Assembly: GCF_964188315.1 (NCBI RefSeq)
Contig: NC_135656.1
Span: 109,492,001-109,556,000 of the forward strand
DNA from: Podarcis muralis
Taxonomy: Eukaryota
Reading direction: 5' to 3'
Length of the DNA: 64,000 bases
The translations under genes were made by a program, and so were the position numbers. Under the pieces are notes generated by a model. That model made no database searches and was not told the DNA's origin. It saw only the letters and a program-made list of their open reading frames with translations. Positions 1-12,194 of this stretch are shown here, piece after piece. Position 1 is the first letter of the stretch; the number at the start of each line of letters is the position of its first letter.

Positions 1-318
1 AAAAGATCAAACGTATCCATTCTGAAGGAAATCAGCCCTGAGTGCTCACTGGAAGGACAGATCCTGAAGCTGAGGCTCCAATACTTTGGCCACCTCATGA
101 GAAGAGAAGACTCCCTGGAGAAGACCCTGATGTTGGAAAAGATGGAGGGCACAAGGAGAAGGGGATGACAGAGGACGAGATGGTTGGACAGTGTTCTCGA
201 AGCTACCAACATGAGTTTGACCAAACTGCGGGAGGCAGTGAAAGACAGGAGTGCCTGGCGTGCTCTGGTCCGTGGGGCCACGAAGAGTTGGACATGACTA
301 AACGACTAAACAGCAACA
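1..318 (+). mobile_element. BovB/RTE LINE 3' fragment (also 38341-38640 on + and 52848-53197 on -)
   Basis: [30 protein letters not shown] motif; (CAA)n tail. Confidence 0.9.
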
Positions 319-894
319 GAGTGAGGCCCCAAAAGACGGGTGCTATGTGAGTCAGCTGCTAGTGCGAGAGGCAGAGGTGCCAACTTGAATAGAATATCGG
401 GGGGGGGGGCAGGTAAACCACGTCCCACATAATCAATGACACGGCACACACAGACCATTTGAATGCCAATGCCCTTCAACATTGGGAGGCCCCAGCCCCC
501 TCAAATATTTGATTGGGGGGCCAGAGACCCCCTTGGCCCCTAGGAGTTGGCTCCTGTCAGGGACCATGCTGAGGAGTATTGTACCAGGTAGGGCCTGGGT
601 GGTGGCAGCGAGAAATAAAATGGTGGCACAGGGATCAATAGATGGTGAAGTGTCCGTGGACCCTGTGTGATCGCCACAACCGTCTCCCCAGCCTGACCCT
701 TCCAGAGAAGAAGAAGACATTTCAGAATTACAACAGGTTGCCAGGAACGGATAAGACAAGGAAAGTTCTTACCAATGCTATTTATTCAATATTCACTCAG
801 AGACGCAAGCATGTGCTTCACTACTGAGCTAGAATCCTTCCCCAAGCAAGGATATTCTTGGGTACAAATAGGGCCGTGTATCTCTAATACACCC

Positions 895-1204
895 GGGACG
901 CGGGTGGCACTGTGGGTTAAACTACAGAGCCTAGGGCTTGCCAATCAGAAGGCCGGCGGTTCAAATCCCTGTGACGGGGTGAGCTCCCAGTGCAAGTCAA
1001 TAAATAGGTACCGCTCTGGCGGGAAGGTAAATGGCGTTTCCGTGTACTGCTCTGGTTCGCCAGAAGCAGCTTAGTCATGCTGGCCACATGATCCAGAAAA
1101 ACTGTCTGTGAACAAACGGCGGCTCCCTCGGCCAATAAAGCGAGCTGAGCGCCGCAACCCCAGAGTCGGTCACGACTGGACCTAATGGTCAGGGGTCCTT
1201 TACT
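895..1204 (+). mobile_element. Sauria SINE
   Basis: gggacgcgggtggc head, CCTTTA tail, 13-bp TSD TATCTCTAATACA. Confidence 0.9.
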
Positions 1205-1391
1205 TATCTCTAATACAAGGGATGGGGAACCTCTATCTGGATCTTCAAAGGGCTTAGCTCATGCACCTTTCCTGGGGCACAACCCTCAAGGGTCCTGATC
1301 TGCTCTCTCTTCTGGTGGTTTTACCTTGATGGGATGTGTCCTTGAACTATCAGAGTACTTCTTGCTTGCCTGGACAGAGGATGGGTTATGG

Positions 1392-1527
1392 CAGGCATGG
1401 GCAAACTCGGCCCTCCAGATGTTTTGGGACTACAACTCCCATCATCCCTAGCTAACAGGACCAGTGGTCAGGGATGATGGGAATTGTAGTCCCAAAACAT
1501 CTGGGGGGCCAAATTTGCCTATGCCTG
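1392..1527. mobile_element. Palindromic hAT MITE (second copy 21043-21177)
   Basis: TIR CAGGCATGG; 8-bp TSD GGTTATGG. The second copy has a 7/8 TSD match. Confidence 0.85.
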
Positions 1528-2938
1528 GGTTATGGTGTGGGATGGGTGGCCACAACCACCTTTACCAGACCCACCACTGGAATGTGGTCCTCAAAACTTG
1601 CCCATGAGCAAATGTGGTCCTAGGGCTGGAAAATGTCCCCTACATCTGCTCTTATGCTACCAAAGAGTGAAAGCCAAGTCTTTCTTGCCTTTCTCTTGGT
1701 TCCTCTCTGGGCATGACAAAGAAACAGGATGTTGGTATGTGGCTATTAATAAACTTTGTGTGTCTGCAGAAGAAAACATTCAGTGCAAGTTGTGCTTATG
1801 CCCGTAAGAATTTAGGTGTCTTTGCTGGTGCAGAAAAGCCTGTGAATAATTGTGCCTCTCAGCAGACAACCTATGCGATTTCCTCCATTTTTATTGTGGC
1901 TTGAACATTTGTGATATTTTGTTGATTGCACAGGAGATACAATGCTGTCATGGCAGGATATTGTCTAGGTGACGTTTTTGTGTGTGTTAATAATAAAAAC
2001 AAGTTTCCATTTCAATAAGTGGGCTCAAGGGCTAATAATCACCAAGGTTTCTTAAAATAGCCTCCCAAAAGTGGGTCATTTTTATAGTCTTCTTACTGCT
2101 TATTGAGACCCAGAGGGATGAGCTGGTAGCCCTGTGTTAACCCAACTGTGGCTGCCAAGGTACTGACTGCAGCACCAGATACAGACAATGGCTGAGATGC
2201 ATGTTATTCAGATAAATGGAAACAGTACATGGTTTCACAGGTCAAAGGTAAGAAGTAAATGTGGTATCCGTCAGATGTTGCTGGGCTCTAACTCCCATTA
2301 GACGCCTCCAGCGTAGCCAGTGTTTTGATATTTTTGTTGTCTTGCTCAATTCAGCAAATGACAGTAATCATTTCATCAATACATCCAGTAATCAATACAT
2401 CCAGAAACTTGCACTTTGCAACTCTTGTTTTCTAAAACAGCAACAGCAATGCATGCAGAAAGTATACCAGGGAAAGAAGCATGGAGAAAATGCATTCTGT
2501 TAGGGAAAGTGGCAAAACTATATATGAACATGCATATGTTAGTGAAAATGTGCAGACACGTGTATGACTTCCTCGTGTAGATTTATATATACATATACAC
2601 AAAATTGCAAACTGATGAAGAAATGGTGAAAACTAAATTTAAGACCAGAAACAAATTGAGGAACTGGGGGAAACAAAACTAAAAGCTTCTTCTGTTTCAA
2701 GTAATAACAAAAGGCTTACTTCTGTTGCAAAAAGAAACAAACTTGTGATTAGTTGTGACCTCAAGATACCATGGTCACTCATGAATAAAATCTCATATGT
2801 CTCCACAAAATGAGCTGAGAGCACGTCCAGCCCAAGACATTTTGACACCTGAGCTGAACCACAAAATGGTGCCCTTCCTGCTAGGGGAAAAAGGGTGAGC
2901 GAAGATCTACATTAGGAATGGAGTAGCATGATATCACA

Positions 2939-3277
2939 GGGACGTAGGTGGCGCTGTGGGTTAAAGCCTCAGCACCTAGGACTTGCCGATCGAAAGGTCG
3001 GCAGTTCGAATCCCTGCGGCGGGGTGCGCTCCTGTTGTTCGGTCCCAGCGCCTGCCAACCTAGCAGTTCGAAAGCACCTTCGGGTGCAAGTAGGTAAATA
3101 GGGACCGCTTACTAGCGGGAAGGTAAACAGTGTTCCGTGTGCTGCCCTGGCTTGCCACGTGACCCGGAAGTGTCTGCGGACAGCACTGGCTCCCGGCCTA
3201 TAGAGTGAGATGAGCGCACAACCCTAGAGTCTGGCAAGACTGGCCCGTACGGGCAGGGGTACCTTTACCTTTACCTT
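2939..3277 (+). mobile_element. Sauria SINE (second subfamily)
   Basis: 15-bp TSD TAGCATGATATCACA; (ACCTTT)n tail. Confidence 0.9.
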
Positions 3278-4274
3278 TAGCATGATATCACAAACCTGAA
3301 GTCCAGCAGCAGCCAGGACTGCTGCAGTCAGAGGCTACAGCTGGGGAGACAGATTAGATTCTTGATCCTGAATCTGATGCTGGTAATAAAGGGATCCCTG
3401 AACCTCAGCCTGGTAGGCAAGAATCCACTGAACCAGTTCCCAGAGTACCAGGGCCTATAGAACCAGACCCAGATCCATCACAGGGAAACCAAAGGCTTTC
3501 CACACTAGCTCACCAGCCCAATGGTGCAGGGAACACACCAGATAGGAGACGAGATGTATCTGTCTTCAGCCTTTAAGAGGCTAGTTCACCCAGGGGCCAG
3601 TTGGAGCCTCAGAGAGGCAGAGGCTGGAAAGCCATCATTGAATTCCTAGCTTGTTGGAGCAATGTACTTGTCCAGAGCTATCCTGCCACCCTAGTGTTGT
3701 GACAACTGTGCTACCCTACCCTGCCACCTTGTCTTGCAGGCTGTGAGATACACGATCACTATACATGATCATGTATAGATAAACAGTTAGAAATAAGCTC
3801 AGGCCTCCAAGGTGCCTTGTGGAAGACTGGGGTTAAAACTGGGTGTCTATATATTAGAAAGTCCTGCCACTCAACACCTGGCCCAGGGCGGGGCCTGTTG
3901 GGCTCTATAAAGGACTGCTGCTGCTGCTGCTGGGCAGAGAGGGCTTCATTTTGTTTTGTTTTTGTTTGTTTAAATTGCTGTTATTTTTTACCTATGTCAT
4001 TTTAAACTGTGACATTAATGCTGTATTCTTAGTTTTAGGTTTTGATTTATGTGGAAATTGTTTCTCATTTGGTTGTGTATTTTTCTGACGTGGTTTATTT
4101 ATTGTTTATGACTTTTGTAATTATGTAAATCATGTTAAGCTGTAAGCCGCCTTGAGCATTGTTTTTTAACTGTGGAAAGGCAGCATACAAATAAAAAATG
4201 ATGATGATGATGATGAAGGAACATTTCCCCACTGGCTGTCTATCAACCCCAAACATACCTGACTAATTGCTATA

Positions 4275-4519
4275 CAGTGGACGCTCGGGTTGCGAACGTG
4301 ATCCGTGCAGGAGGCACATTCGCAACCTGCAGCGCCGCACCTGCGCACGTGTGGGTCGTGGCTCTGCGCTTCTGCGCATGCGCAAAGCACGATTTAATGC
4401 TTCTGCACATGTGTGAGCGCTGAAACCCGGAAGTAACCTGTTCTAGTACTTCTGGGTTTCAGTGCATCCATAACCCAAAAATGCGCAACTTGAAGTGTCT
4501 GTAACCCGAGGTAAGACTG
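4275..4519. mobile_element. Tigger-like MITE
   Basis: TA|CAGTGGACGCTCGGGTT ... AACCCGAGGTAAGACTG|TA. Confidence 0.75.
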
Positions 4520-5448
4520 TATAGCTAGGACGGGCAGCTTTCTGGAAAGCAGGGAAGACAAAATGTATAATTCCCTCTCACTGCCCTCCCTCCTGAAACC
4601 TTCCCATATAGTGCAGCGAGGCTAGGGATGGTTTTTATTTTGTTTTTGTTTTAAAGTCATGGTGTGCATCTCCCAGCCTTAACCCCCATTCCCTCAGGGA
4701 TGCTGTGAATGATTGTGGACTCAAACTGCTAAATCTCCTGTCCCCATGTGATTTCCCATCCCTATCCATCCTCCACCTGCAATATTCCTCAGGACCTGGA
4801 AGCCAGTAGTCAAAGGTCCTTGTCCAGTATCAAAGGGAGTCTTGTCACAATCCTCCGGTGACCTTTTTGGAGAGGAAAACAACCCTGGTTAAAGGCTGCA
4901 CCTCTAGAACATCTTGCCATTTGAAGAAGCAGGCAAGTAGAATGCTGAGTGTCCTCTGGGCAGTCCCCTTTTTGCACACACACAGCTGTATACGTCCCAT
5001 TCACCAAGCAACCAACCCTAATTTAATACACTATAAAGACTGCGGTTTCTGTGTGACGTTTCTATTCCTCATCTGCCTTCTGCTTACCACTTTTCCGAGC
5101 TGTCGCCCTCCCCCTCGGTTTATGCTTCAAGGCCATAATTCTCTGAAATGGTGCAAGTTAAGTTTCTATTCTCTTCCTAGCTGCCCAGCCTAAATGTATT
5201 GTGCAGCAGGTACCTGACCCTGCTAGACCACATCCTTTGCTGATCGTGTTATCTCAAGTGGTCTCATCACACCAGAGCTGCTTGCTTCTCTCATTTTCCA
5301 GAGACCAGATCTTTCACTTACCACGTAGAAGAAAAAATGAGAGACACAATTTTGAAACATTCAATTAAGGAACCAGTTCAGTTGCTGGAGGTTTGAGACG
5401 GGTATGATTTCAGAATTGGTGCGGTATCTAATTGTACGACCCTCCAGG

Positions 5449-8400
5449 ATGTTGATCAGTGTGGCATTCTTCTGGGCATTCTCAGGTGAGTAAAAGCAAA
5501 AGCAGATTGTGCTTTGGAAGTCGGTTCTTTGGGGACAACGCTGGGCAGAAGAGCCGGCAAGATGGGCGGTTATTGCTATAAGCGTTCTACAAATGGGATA
5601 GTGAGGCTGCTGGGGTGAGCTTCTGAAGGGCAGGAGAACCAAACGAATGGCAGTGAGTTTAGACACTTTGTTCTCCTTTAGAAAACCCAAAGCAGATCAC
5701 CCCACACCCTGGGTGGAATTCAACATCGCGAATTATATCAAATCTTCCATCTGCACAAGCAATTCAGCTTGCCAAACAGAATGATCCCTTCCCCCCTGTG
5801 TGCTGTTCTGAGCAGGGGCGTCCCTAGGAGTTAGATAGGTTGGTGGCTGCCAAGGGCGCAGGCCCAGGAAGGGCGCAAAAATAGCCCTCAGTTTAGAAAG
5901 TCATTGGCGGAGCACGAAAGGCAACAAAAAGGAAACTCTTTGAGTTTCTGGTCCATGGTCTCTCTCAGCTTTGGAGGCACCTATATATCTCCATGCCAAA
6001 TAAGCAAGGGGGCCCAGTTATGTCTCTGGTTCTGGGAGTTCTCTTGACCCATCCTAGGCCAAATTTGTGGGATGGACGAGGGGAGGAAGGGAGAAATCTC
6101 TCTTGCATGGGTTGAAGACCTTTCGCAGGGCTTCTGATGACAAGTTTCATTAGATGAATCCTCCCCGCGGAATCAACACATGGACCAAAATACACCTACT
6201 CTTGAAGTTTTATACTTTTCTGAATTTTGAGTTGGCGTGCCACATAAAAAGACTGCAAAATGCATATATTAGTGTGCAAAAATGTTTATAATGGGCAGCC
6301 ATGCATAAAGACATGTATATAGGCTCTGACAGTGTGGTGTAGTGGTTAAGAGCGGTAGTCTCGTAATCTGGGGAACCGGGTTCGCGTCTCCGCTCCTCCA
6401 CATGCAGCTGCTGGGTGACCTTGGGCCAGTCACACTTCTCTGAAGTCTCTCAGCCCCACTCACCTCACAGAGTGTTTGTTGTGGGGGAGGAAGGGAAAGG
6501 AGAATGTTAGCTGCTTTGAGACTCCTGAAGGGGATAGATAAAGTGGGANNNNNNNNNNNNNNNNNNNNNNNNNNNNNNNNNNNNNNNNNNNNNNNNNNNN
6601 NNNNNNNNNNNNNNNNNNNNNNNNNNNNNNNNNNNNNNNNNNNNNNNNNNNNNNNNNNNNNNNNNNNNNNNNNNNNNNNNNNNNNNNNNNNNNNNNNNNT
6701 TAATGCCCCTCACATGGTGAGAAATGTCAGGGATGAACACTTTCCCTGTGGGTGGCTTTCTATGCGATTACATAGGGCCTTCTGGGTAGTGGCGCCCTCA
6801 CTGTGGAGCACCTTCCCATCAAATGTCAAGGAAATAAACAACTATCTGACTTCTAGAAGACATCTGAAGGCAGCCCTGTTTAGGGACGTTTTTTAATGTT
6901 GGATGTTTCAGCGTGTTTTTAATACTCTGTTGGGAGCCGTCCAGAGTGGATGGGGAAACCCAGCCAGATGGGCAGGGTATAAATAAGACATTATTTAGCA
7001 CTGATGTGGATGCTGTCTCAGTGGCACAGCCAGTGTCATAGGATTTTTTGCATACCCTCCCATACATCTTCCTCTCTTTCTCAGTCTCAGACTCTCTGCC
7101 TTTCTCCAAAATGCTGTTTCTTCACAAAAGCACTAGATTATCTTATCAGCTACTGGGCAGGGCCCCCTTCTCTGACAGGCTTTTTCTGTACAGATGTTCC
7201 AAGAAAAACATGATGATGGCCACCAACAGGGGTGACTTTTGAAAGGGATTAGATAAATACGTCGAGGATAAGGCTTTCAATGGGTATTAGCCACAAATAC
7301 CATTTATGTATGGGACGCAGGTGGCGCTGTGGGTTAAACCACAGAGCCTAGGGGTTGCGGATCAGAAGGTCAGTGGTTCGAATCCCTGCGATGGGGTGAG
7401 CTCCCATTGCTCGGTCCCAGCTCCTGCCAACCTAGCAGTTCGAAAGCATTTCAAAGTGGAAGTAGATAAATAGGTACCACTCCGGCGGGAAGGTAAATGG
7501 CATTTCTGTGCGCTGCTCTGGTTCGACAGAAGTGGCTTAGTCATGCTGGCCACATGACCCAGAAGCTGTACGCTGGCTCCCTCAGCCAGTAAAGTGAGAT
7601 GAGCACCGCAACCCCAGAGTCGGCCACAACTGGACCTAATGGTCAGGGGTCCCTTTACCTTTACCTTACCATTTATGTATAGCAGACAACACATGCATTT
7701 TCCTTCTCTGTTTCTTCCAGGCATGGCATCAGCAGTGCCCATCTCCTCAGCTCACAGTTGGGTCAACGCTACCATCAACCAGACTGTTCAGTTACCCTTC
7801 TCCCTTCAGCCCCCCAGTCCTTCCTGGGAATTCCTCCACATCACATGGACTTTTATTGCCGGCAACAGAAATGTCCTTATCCTTGCATACATTGTAGACA
7901 ATTGCAGTGGAACAGCCCTCAAATGGTGGGGGAAAGAATGTAATACTAACAAACTGGTGGATGAGATGTATCAGCAGCGGGCAGACGTTCTCAAGAATGG
8001 CACGCTAGTGCTTCATCGCGTGGGGCTTCACGATGCGGGAATGTACCGCGCGACAATTAAATCCTTGGATTTAAGACTGCATGCGACAGTGAATCTCACC
8101 GTGACTGAAGGTAATGGACAGCAATGAGCATAAATAAATATTTAGGGTGCTTCATGCTTGGAATGATTGCCTGCTGTCCTGATGTGATCTCCAGGGCTTC
8201 AATCCTATGCATTTTTAACTCCACTAAATTCAGTGAGGCATAAGGTATGACTGAGAATGCCACTGTTTCAGTTCTATTCGCATAGAACTGAAACAAGTCT
8301 CCCTTCACAAAATCTATTTTGGTGGTTGTCCAACAATTATAACCTGAGGTCCAGCATCTGGTACAGCCAGTTCCTAGATGCTGAGACGCCCTGATCTAGG

Positions 8401-11400
8401 GGGTGGGGGAGCAATCTAGCAGCTTTATTCTTCTTCCTCTTCCTCTTCCTCTTCTTCTTCCTCTTCTTCCTCCTCCTCCTCCTCCTCCTCCTCCTCCTCC
8501 TCCTCCTCCTTTATTGAATTTATATACTGCCCTATACCCAGGGGGTCTAAGGGCCGTTCACAGAATAAAATCAGGATAGAAAACCACAAAATACCTAATA
8601 GAAATAAAAACAACAACCCAACAGCCCCCACTTATTGTTCTTATGTCATTCTCTTTGCAAGAAAGCTACAAACCCCACAACATCCTCGCCACACATTTTC
8701 TTTTCCTTTCTGCTTTTTATTTAGTTTTTCAGATTTTAAAAATTTACAAACAATTATCAAACAATCAGCACAGAAAGATAATTCCGAAGAATCTCCTGAA
8801 CTTTCCTCCTCCCCTTTGTGGGTCCTTATATTAACTTTTTCCTCCTGCATCTTATGTATTAATCCAAATCTTTTAAATCTCCATTATACCCCAAATTCAA
8901 CATTAAACTACAGTTGTTATTCCAATCCTACTAATAATTTTTATTGTTTACAATGGTTCTAAGGCAGATTATATATTTCCCCCATTCTTTGTTAAAAATT
9001 TCATCTTCCTGATTTCTTATTCTTCTGGTCACTTTTGCCAATTCGGCATGGTCCATCAACCTAACCTGCCATTCTTCTCTGGTAGGGACTCTGTCTTCTT
9101 TTCATCTCTGAGCCCCAGTTTGTTTGTACTGGTCACCATATCACTTTCTCCTTAAAAACAAAACGTAGGGCAGCTGGCTGCACTGTACAACACAGCTGGC
9201 AAGACCCCATTCAACCATCTTAATTTCCCAGAAGCTTATATTTATATGAAACTTAACATATAGGAAATGTTATTCATCAAGTTGTAGAAGTGTAGAGTTA
9301 CAAGGGACCCCAAGGGGGATGTCATCACAGGCCATCAGGCAGGAGAGGAACCAACCCCCATGGCAGGTTGCCAGTAATGGATAAGATAAGATAAGGAAAA
9401 GTCCTAACCACCTGCTATTTATTCAATATTTACAGAGAGAGGGTTGGGAACACAGCCTCTTGGAATAATGGTGTTGCCCCCAAGTAAATCTCTCCTCCCC
9501 CTTTTCATTCGTCATCTCTTCTATGGGTAGTGCTGAGCACCCTTTGCTTCTGAGCCCTTTGCTCTCCCACTTTTAAGGCCCACTGGGTTCTGGGAGATGG
9601 TGGGTCTGGAATGCTTTCTAGTGATAACGTGTCAGCCAGTTGTTCCGGCTCTGCCTCTTCCTCCTCTCCCATTATTTCTCAGCTTTCCCCCTCATCTACC
9701 TCTGAGCTGTGACCTCCCTCAAACCCCTGTGTAATTCTGAACTGTCTTCTTCTTCTCTGGAAGGGTCAGGATGGGGAGGTGGTCTCCACCATTCCTCCTC
9801 TGCCCAGTCCCTGACATGGGCTTCTGCCATGAACCCTGTAAATATTTAGCAATACCTCTGGTCCGAAGCCAGAAAAATGGCAGATCATCCCAACTACAGA
9901 TGAGTAAAACAAGTCAGCTTCACACACCATGTCTTGATGTTGGCTTGTTTTTAAGGAAGACGTGATATGTTTCTTGTTTTTCACCTTTTCTGATTCAATA
10001 TCCCTTTTCTTTCACCTCCACATCTGCCGTAGGAGCAGAGTCATTAACCCAGGAAAAACTCTGATGCAAACGTAAAGGTATACTTGTGAACCCTCATTGA
10101 TATCCTGACACTGTACAGCGGAACCTTAGTTCTCGATTGTCTCCATTGATGAACAATTTGGAACCTGAACGCCGAAAACCCCAAAGTAATTGCTTCCATT
10201 TTTTAACTCACCTCAGAAGTCAAATGGCTTCCAAGGCGTGTTTCTCCATTTTTTTCAATGGATTTTGCTGACCGCCCATTGATCCTCAGTCTCTGAACGT
10301 TTCGGAAATTGAATGGTCTTCCGGTACGGAATATGTTCGAAAACCGAGGTTCCACTGTATAATCCTTCTGACTCACCTATAATGATACGATAATCTTTAT
10401 TGTCATTGGCCCATACAGAACAACGAAATTGAAAAAATCTACACCAGACATTCAAAAACCAACAAGCCTGCTACCCCAGCTACCCTGCCTGCTCTAACTT
10501 ATGGATAAATCTCCTCTGTTGAATGGCACACTGCGAAGTTCCCTTGTGTAATCCTTTTTTTTTCTTTTTTCTGATGTTGTTGATTTCTTTTTGTTTGACC
10601 TTGTGGTGTTTAGTGTCACTGGCTTTTGCCGCAATAAAACTTGAACTTGAACTTGATATTTGTTTTAAACCAATCACATTAACAGTATTTTTCTTTCTTT
10701 TATTCTGCTTTATCTTCTTTATGTAATTAAATAAAAATTACTGGATGGCTTTCGGCTCAGTCTTACTCAGAACAGACCCCCCTGAAGAAGGCTTAACTGA
10801 ATAACACCCATATTTTTTTTTTTAAAAAAACAAAAACTAGAGCTGGTTGGAGTCACATTCCAGCCAAGCTAAAGCACCCAAGGTATTTTAAGGAAGACGT
10901 GATATGTTTCTTGTTTTTCACCTTTTCTGATTCAATATCCCTTTCCCCCCCACCACATTTACTGCAGGAGCAAGATCATTAACCCAGGAAAAACTCAGCA
11001 CTGAGAATATGGTTCGGATGATTTGGGGTGGCCTCCTCCTCTGCTTCCTTGGGCTCTTGGTGGTAGATGTAAGTGCTGCATTTCTTTTAAAAAAAAATTG
11101 CTTGGAAAAAGAGCAAAGGGAAATGTTAAGTGTCTTCCTCAGAATAGACCCCCTGAAGAAGGCTTAAATGAATAACACCCATTTATTAATTTTTTTAAAA
11201 AACCCAAATACAGAAGTTGGTTGGAGTCACATTCCAACCAAGCTAAAGCCCCCAAGGAGGGAACAGGGCAAGAGCCAGAGAGAGGCGTGGCCTGTGGAAG
11301 TTCTAGGAAAGGTCAAGGGACCCCTGACCATTAGGTCCAGTCGTGGCCGACTCTGGGGTTGCGGCGTCATCTCGCTTTATTGGCCGAGGGAGCCGGCGTA

Positions 11401-12194
11401 CAGCTTCCGGGACATGTGTCCAGCATGACCAAGCTGCTTGTGGCGAACCAGAGCAGCGCACGGAAACGCCGTTTACCTTCCCGCTGGAGCGGTACCTATT
11501 TATCTACTTGCACTTTGACGTGCTTTCGAACTGCTAGGTTGGCAGGAGCAGGGACCGAGCAACGAGAACTCCACCCGTTACAGGGATTTGAACCGCCGAC
11601 CTTCTGATCAGCAAGTCCTAGGCTCTATGGCTCAACCCACAGCACCACCCACATCCCTAGTGTAAGTTCTAGAGGTCAAGAAAGAGAATTCTGGACTGCC
11701 ACGTTCTGCCCATATGTCAGAGGTTCCTCAAATGTTCCAAGCCAAGTGGCAAGGGGGAACCTGATTTCTATGTTGTCCTAGCAAACCGTTGCTGCAAAAT
11801 AATCATTATGGGAACAGGGATCTTTACTGAAGCCTCCACAGCTTGAGGGCCAAACTCCACTCTTTTTCTCCTAGCATTTTTGCACAGTGGATGGAAGCAT
11901 CACTCAGGGAAGGAAGACTGTGGGCCATCCTGGGAAATCCACTATTGACTGGAGCTGATATGTCATGAATGAGCCATCTGCTCATTTCATGAATCAAGGA
12001 GAGCAACAGGACACCTATCAAAAATTGGGAACTGTTGTCTACCCCATCTACCCCCATTGCAGGGCTGCAATTTTCAGCCACTCAAGTATCATGATCTGGA
12101 AGTAACCGAATATCTTGAATTGCAACAGGCATACAAATATGACTTCAACCAGCACCGTGAAGCCCTTAAGTTCAGGCAGCAGAAAGAGAACTAG
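5449..12194 (+). CDS. Putative single-IgV type I membrane receptor (CEACAM/CD2-SLAM-like V domain, LRC-type TM); model join(5449..5485,7721..8110,10968..11068,12063..12194), 219 aa
   Basis: Leader MLISVAFFWAFS-G ends at CAG|GTGAGT (phase 1). The 390-nt phase 1-1 exon encodes an IgV (TVQLPF, HITWTF, YQQRADVLKNGTLVLHRVGLHDAGMYRATI). TM exon (G)ARSLTQEKLSTENMVRMIWGGLLLCFLGLLVVD is phase 1-0 and ends GAT|GTAAGT. Tail exon GCNFQPLKYHDLEVTEYLELQQAY...KEN* follows a pyrimidine-rich CAG (phase 0). Lengths sum to 660 nt with no internal stop. The tail exon is the least certain part. Confidence 0.6.
6549..6699. other. Assembly gap (151 N)
   Basis: Run of N. Confidence 1.
7312..7666 (+). mobile_element. 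Sauria SINE about 55 bp upstream of the IgV exon
   Basis: 14-bp TSD TACCATTTATGTAT. Confidence 0.9.
7721..8110 (+). CDS. IgV-like domain exon lacking the canonical B-F disulfide
   Basis: Acceptor tttcttccag| and donor GAAG|gtaatg, symmetric phase 1. W in the C strand; DxGxYxA replaces DxGxYxC; two Cys lie in the C'-C'' region. Five N-X-S/T sequons. Lies inside ORF 7639..8127. Confidence 0.85.
8426..8510. repeat. (CTT/CTC)n microsatellite; other microsatellites at about 30836 (TG), 32123, 38905, 51092, 56185 (ATT), 56353 and 58013 (TA)
   Basis: Direct inspection. Confidence 0.95.
11309..11657 (-). mobile_element. Sauria SINE
   Basis: Reverse complement of the same consensus. Confidence 0.88.

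Noticed and set aside
1640-2250. Possible upstream exons (donor-like sites near 1803, 1968, 2247)
   Set aside because: No convincing coding frame or homology; could be 5' UTR exons of the IgV gene but unsupported from sequence alone.
6328-6400. tRNA gene (also about 13569-13640)
   Set aside because: A/B-box head continues into a shared SINE body; no full cloverleaf.
8425-8631. Poly-Glu protein
   Set aside because: Translation of a (CTT/CTC)n microsatellite.
11009-11068. Signal-peptide exon of a separate gene (MVRMIWGG...)
   Set aside because: An in-frame phase-1 acceptor at 10967 and the N..R motif fit an internal TM exon better.
12084-12122. ITAM in the IgV receptor tail
   Set aside because: The two YxxL motifs are 4 residues apart, not the 6-8 of an ITAM.
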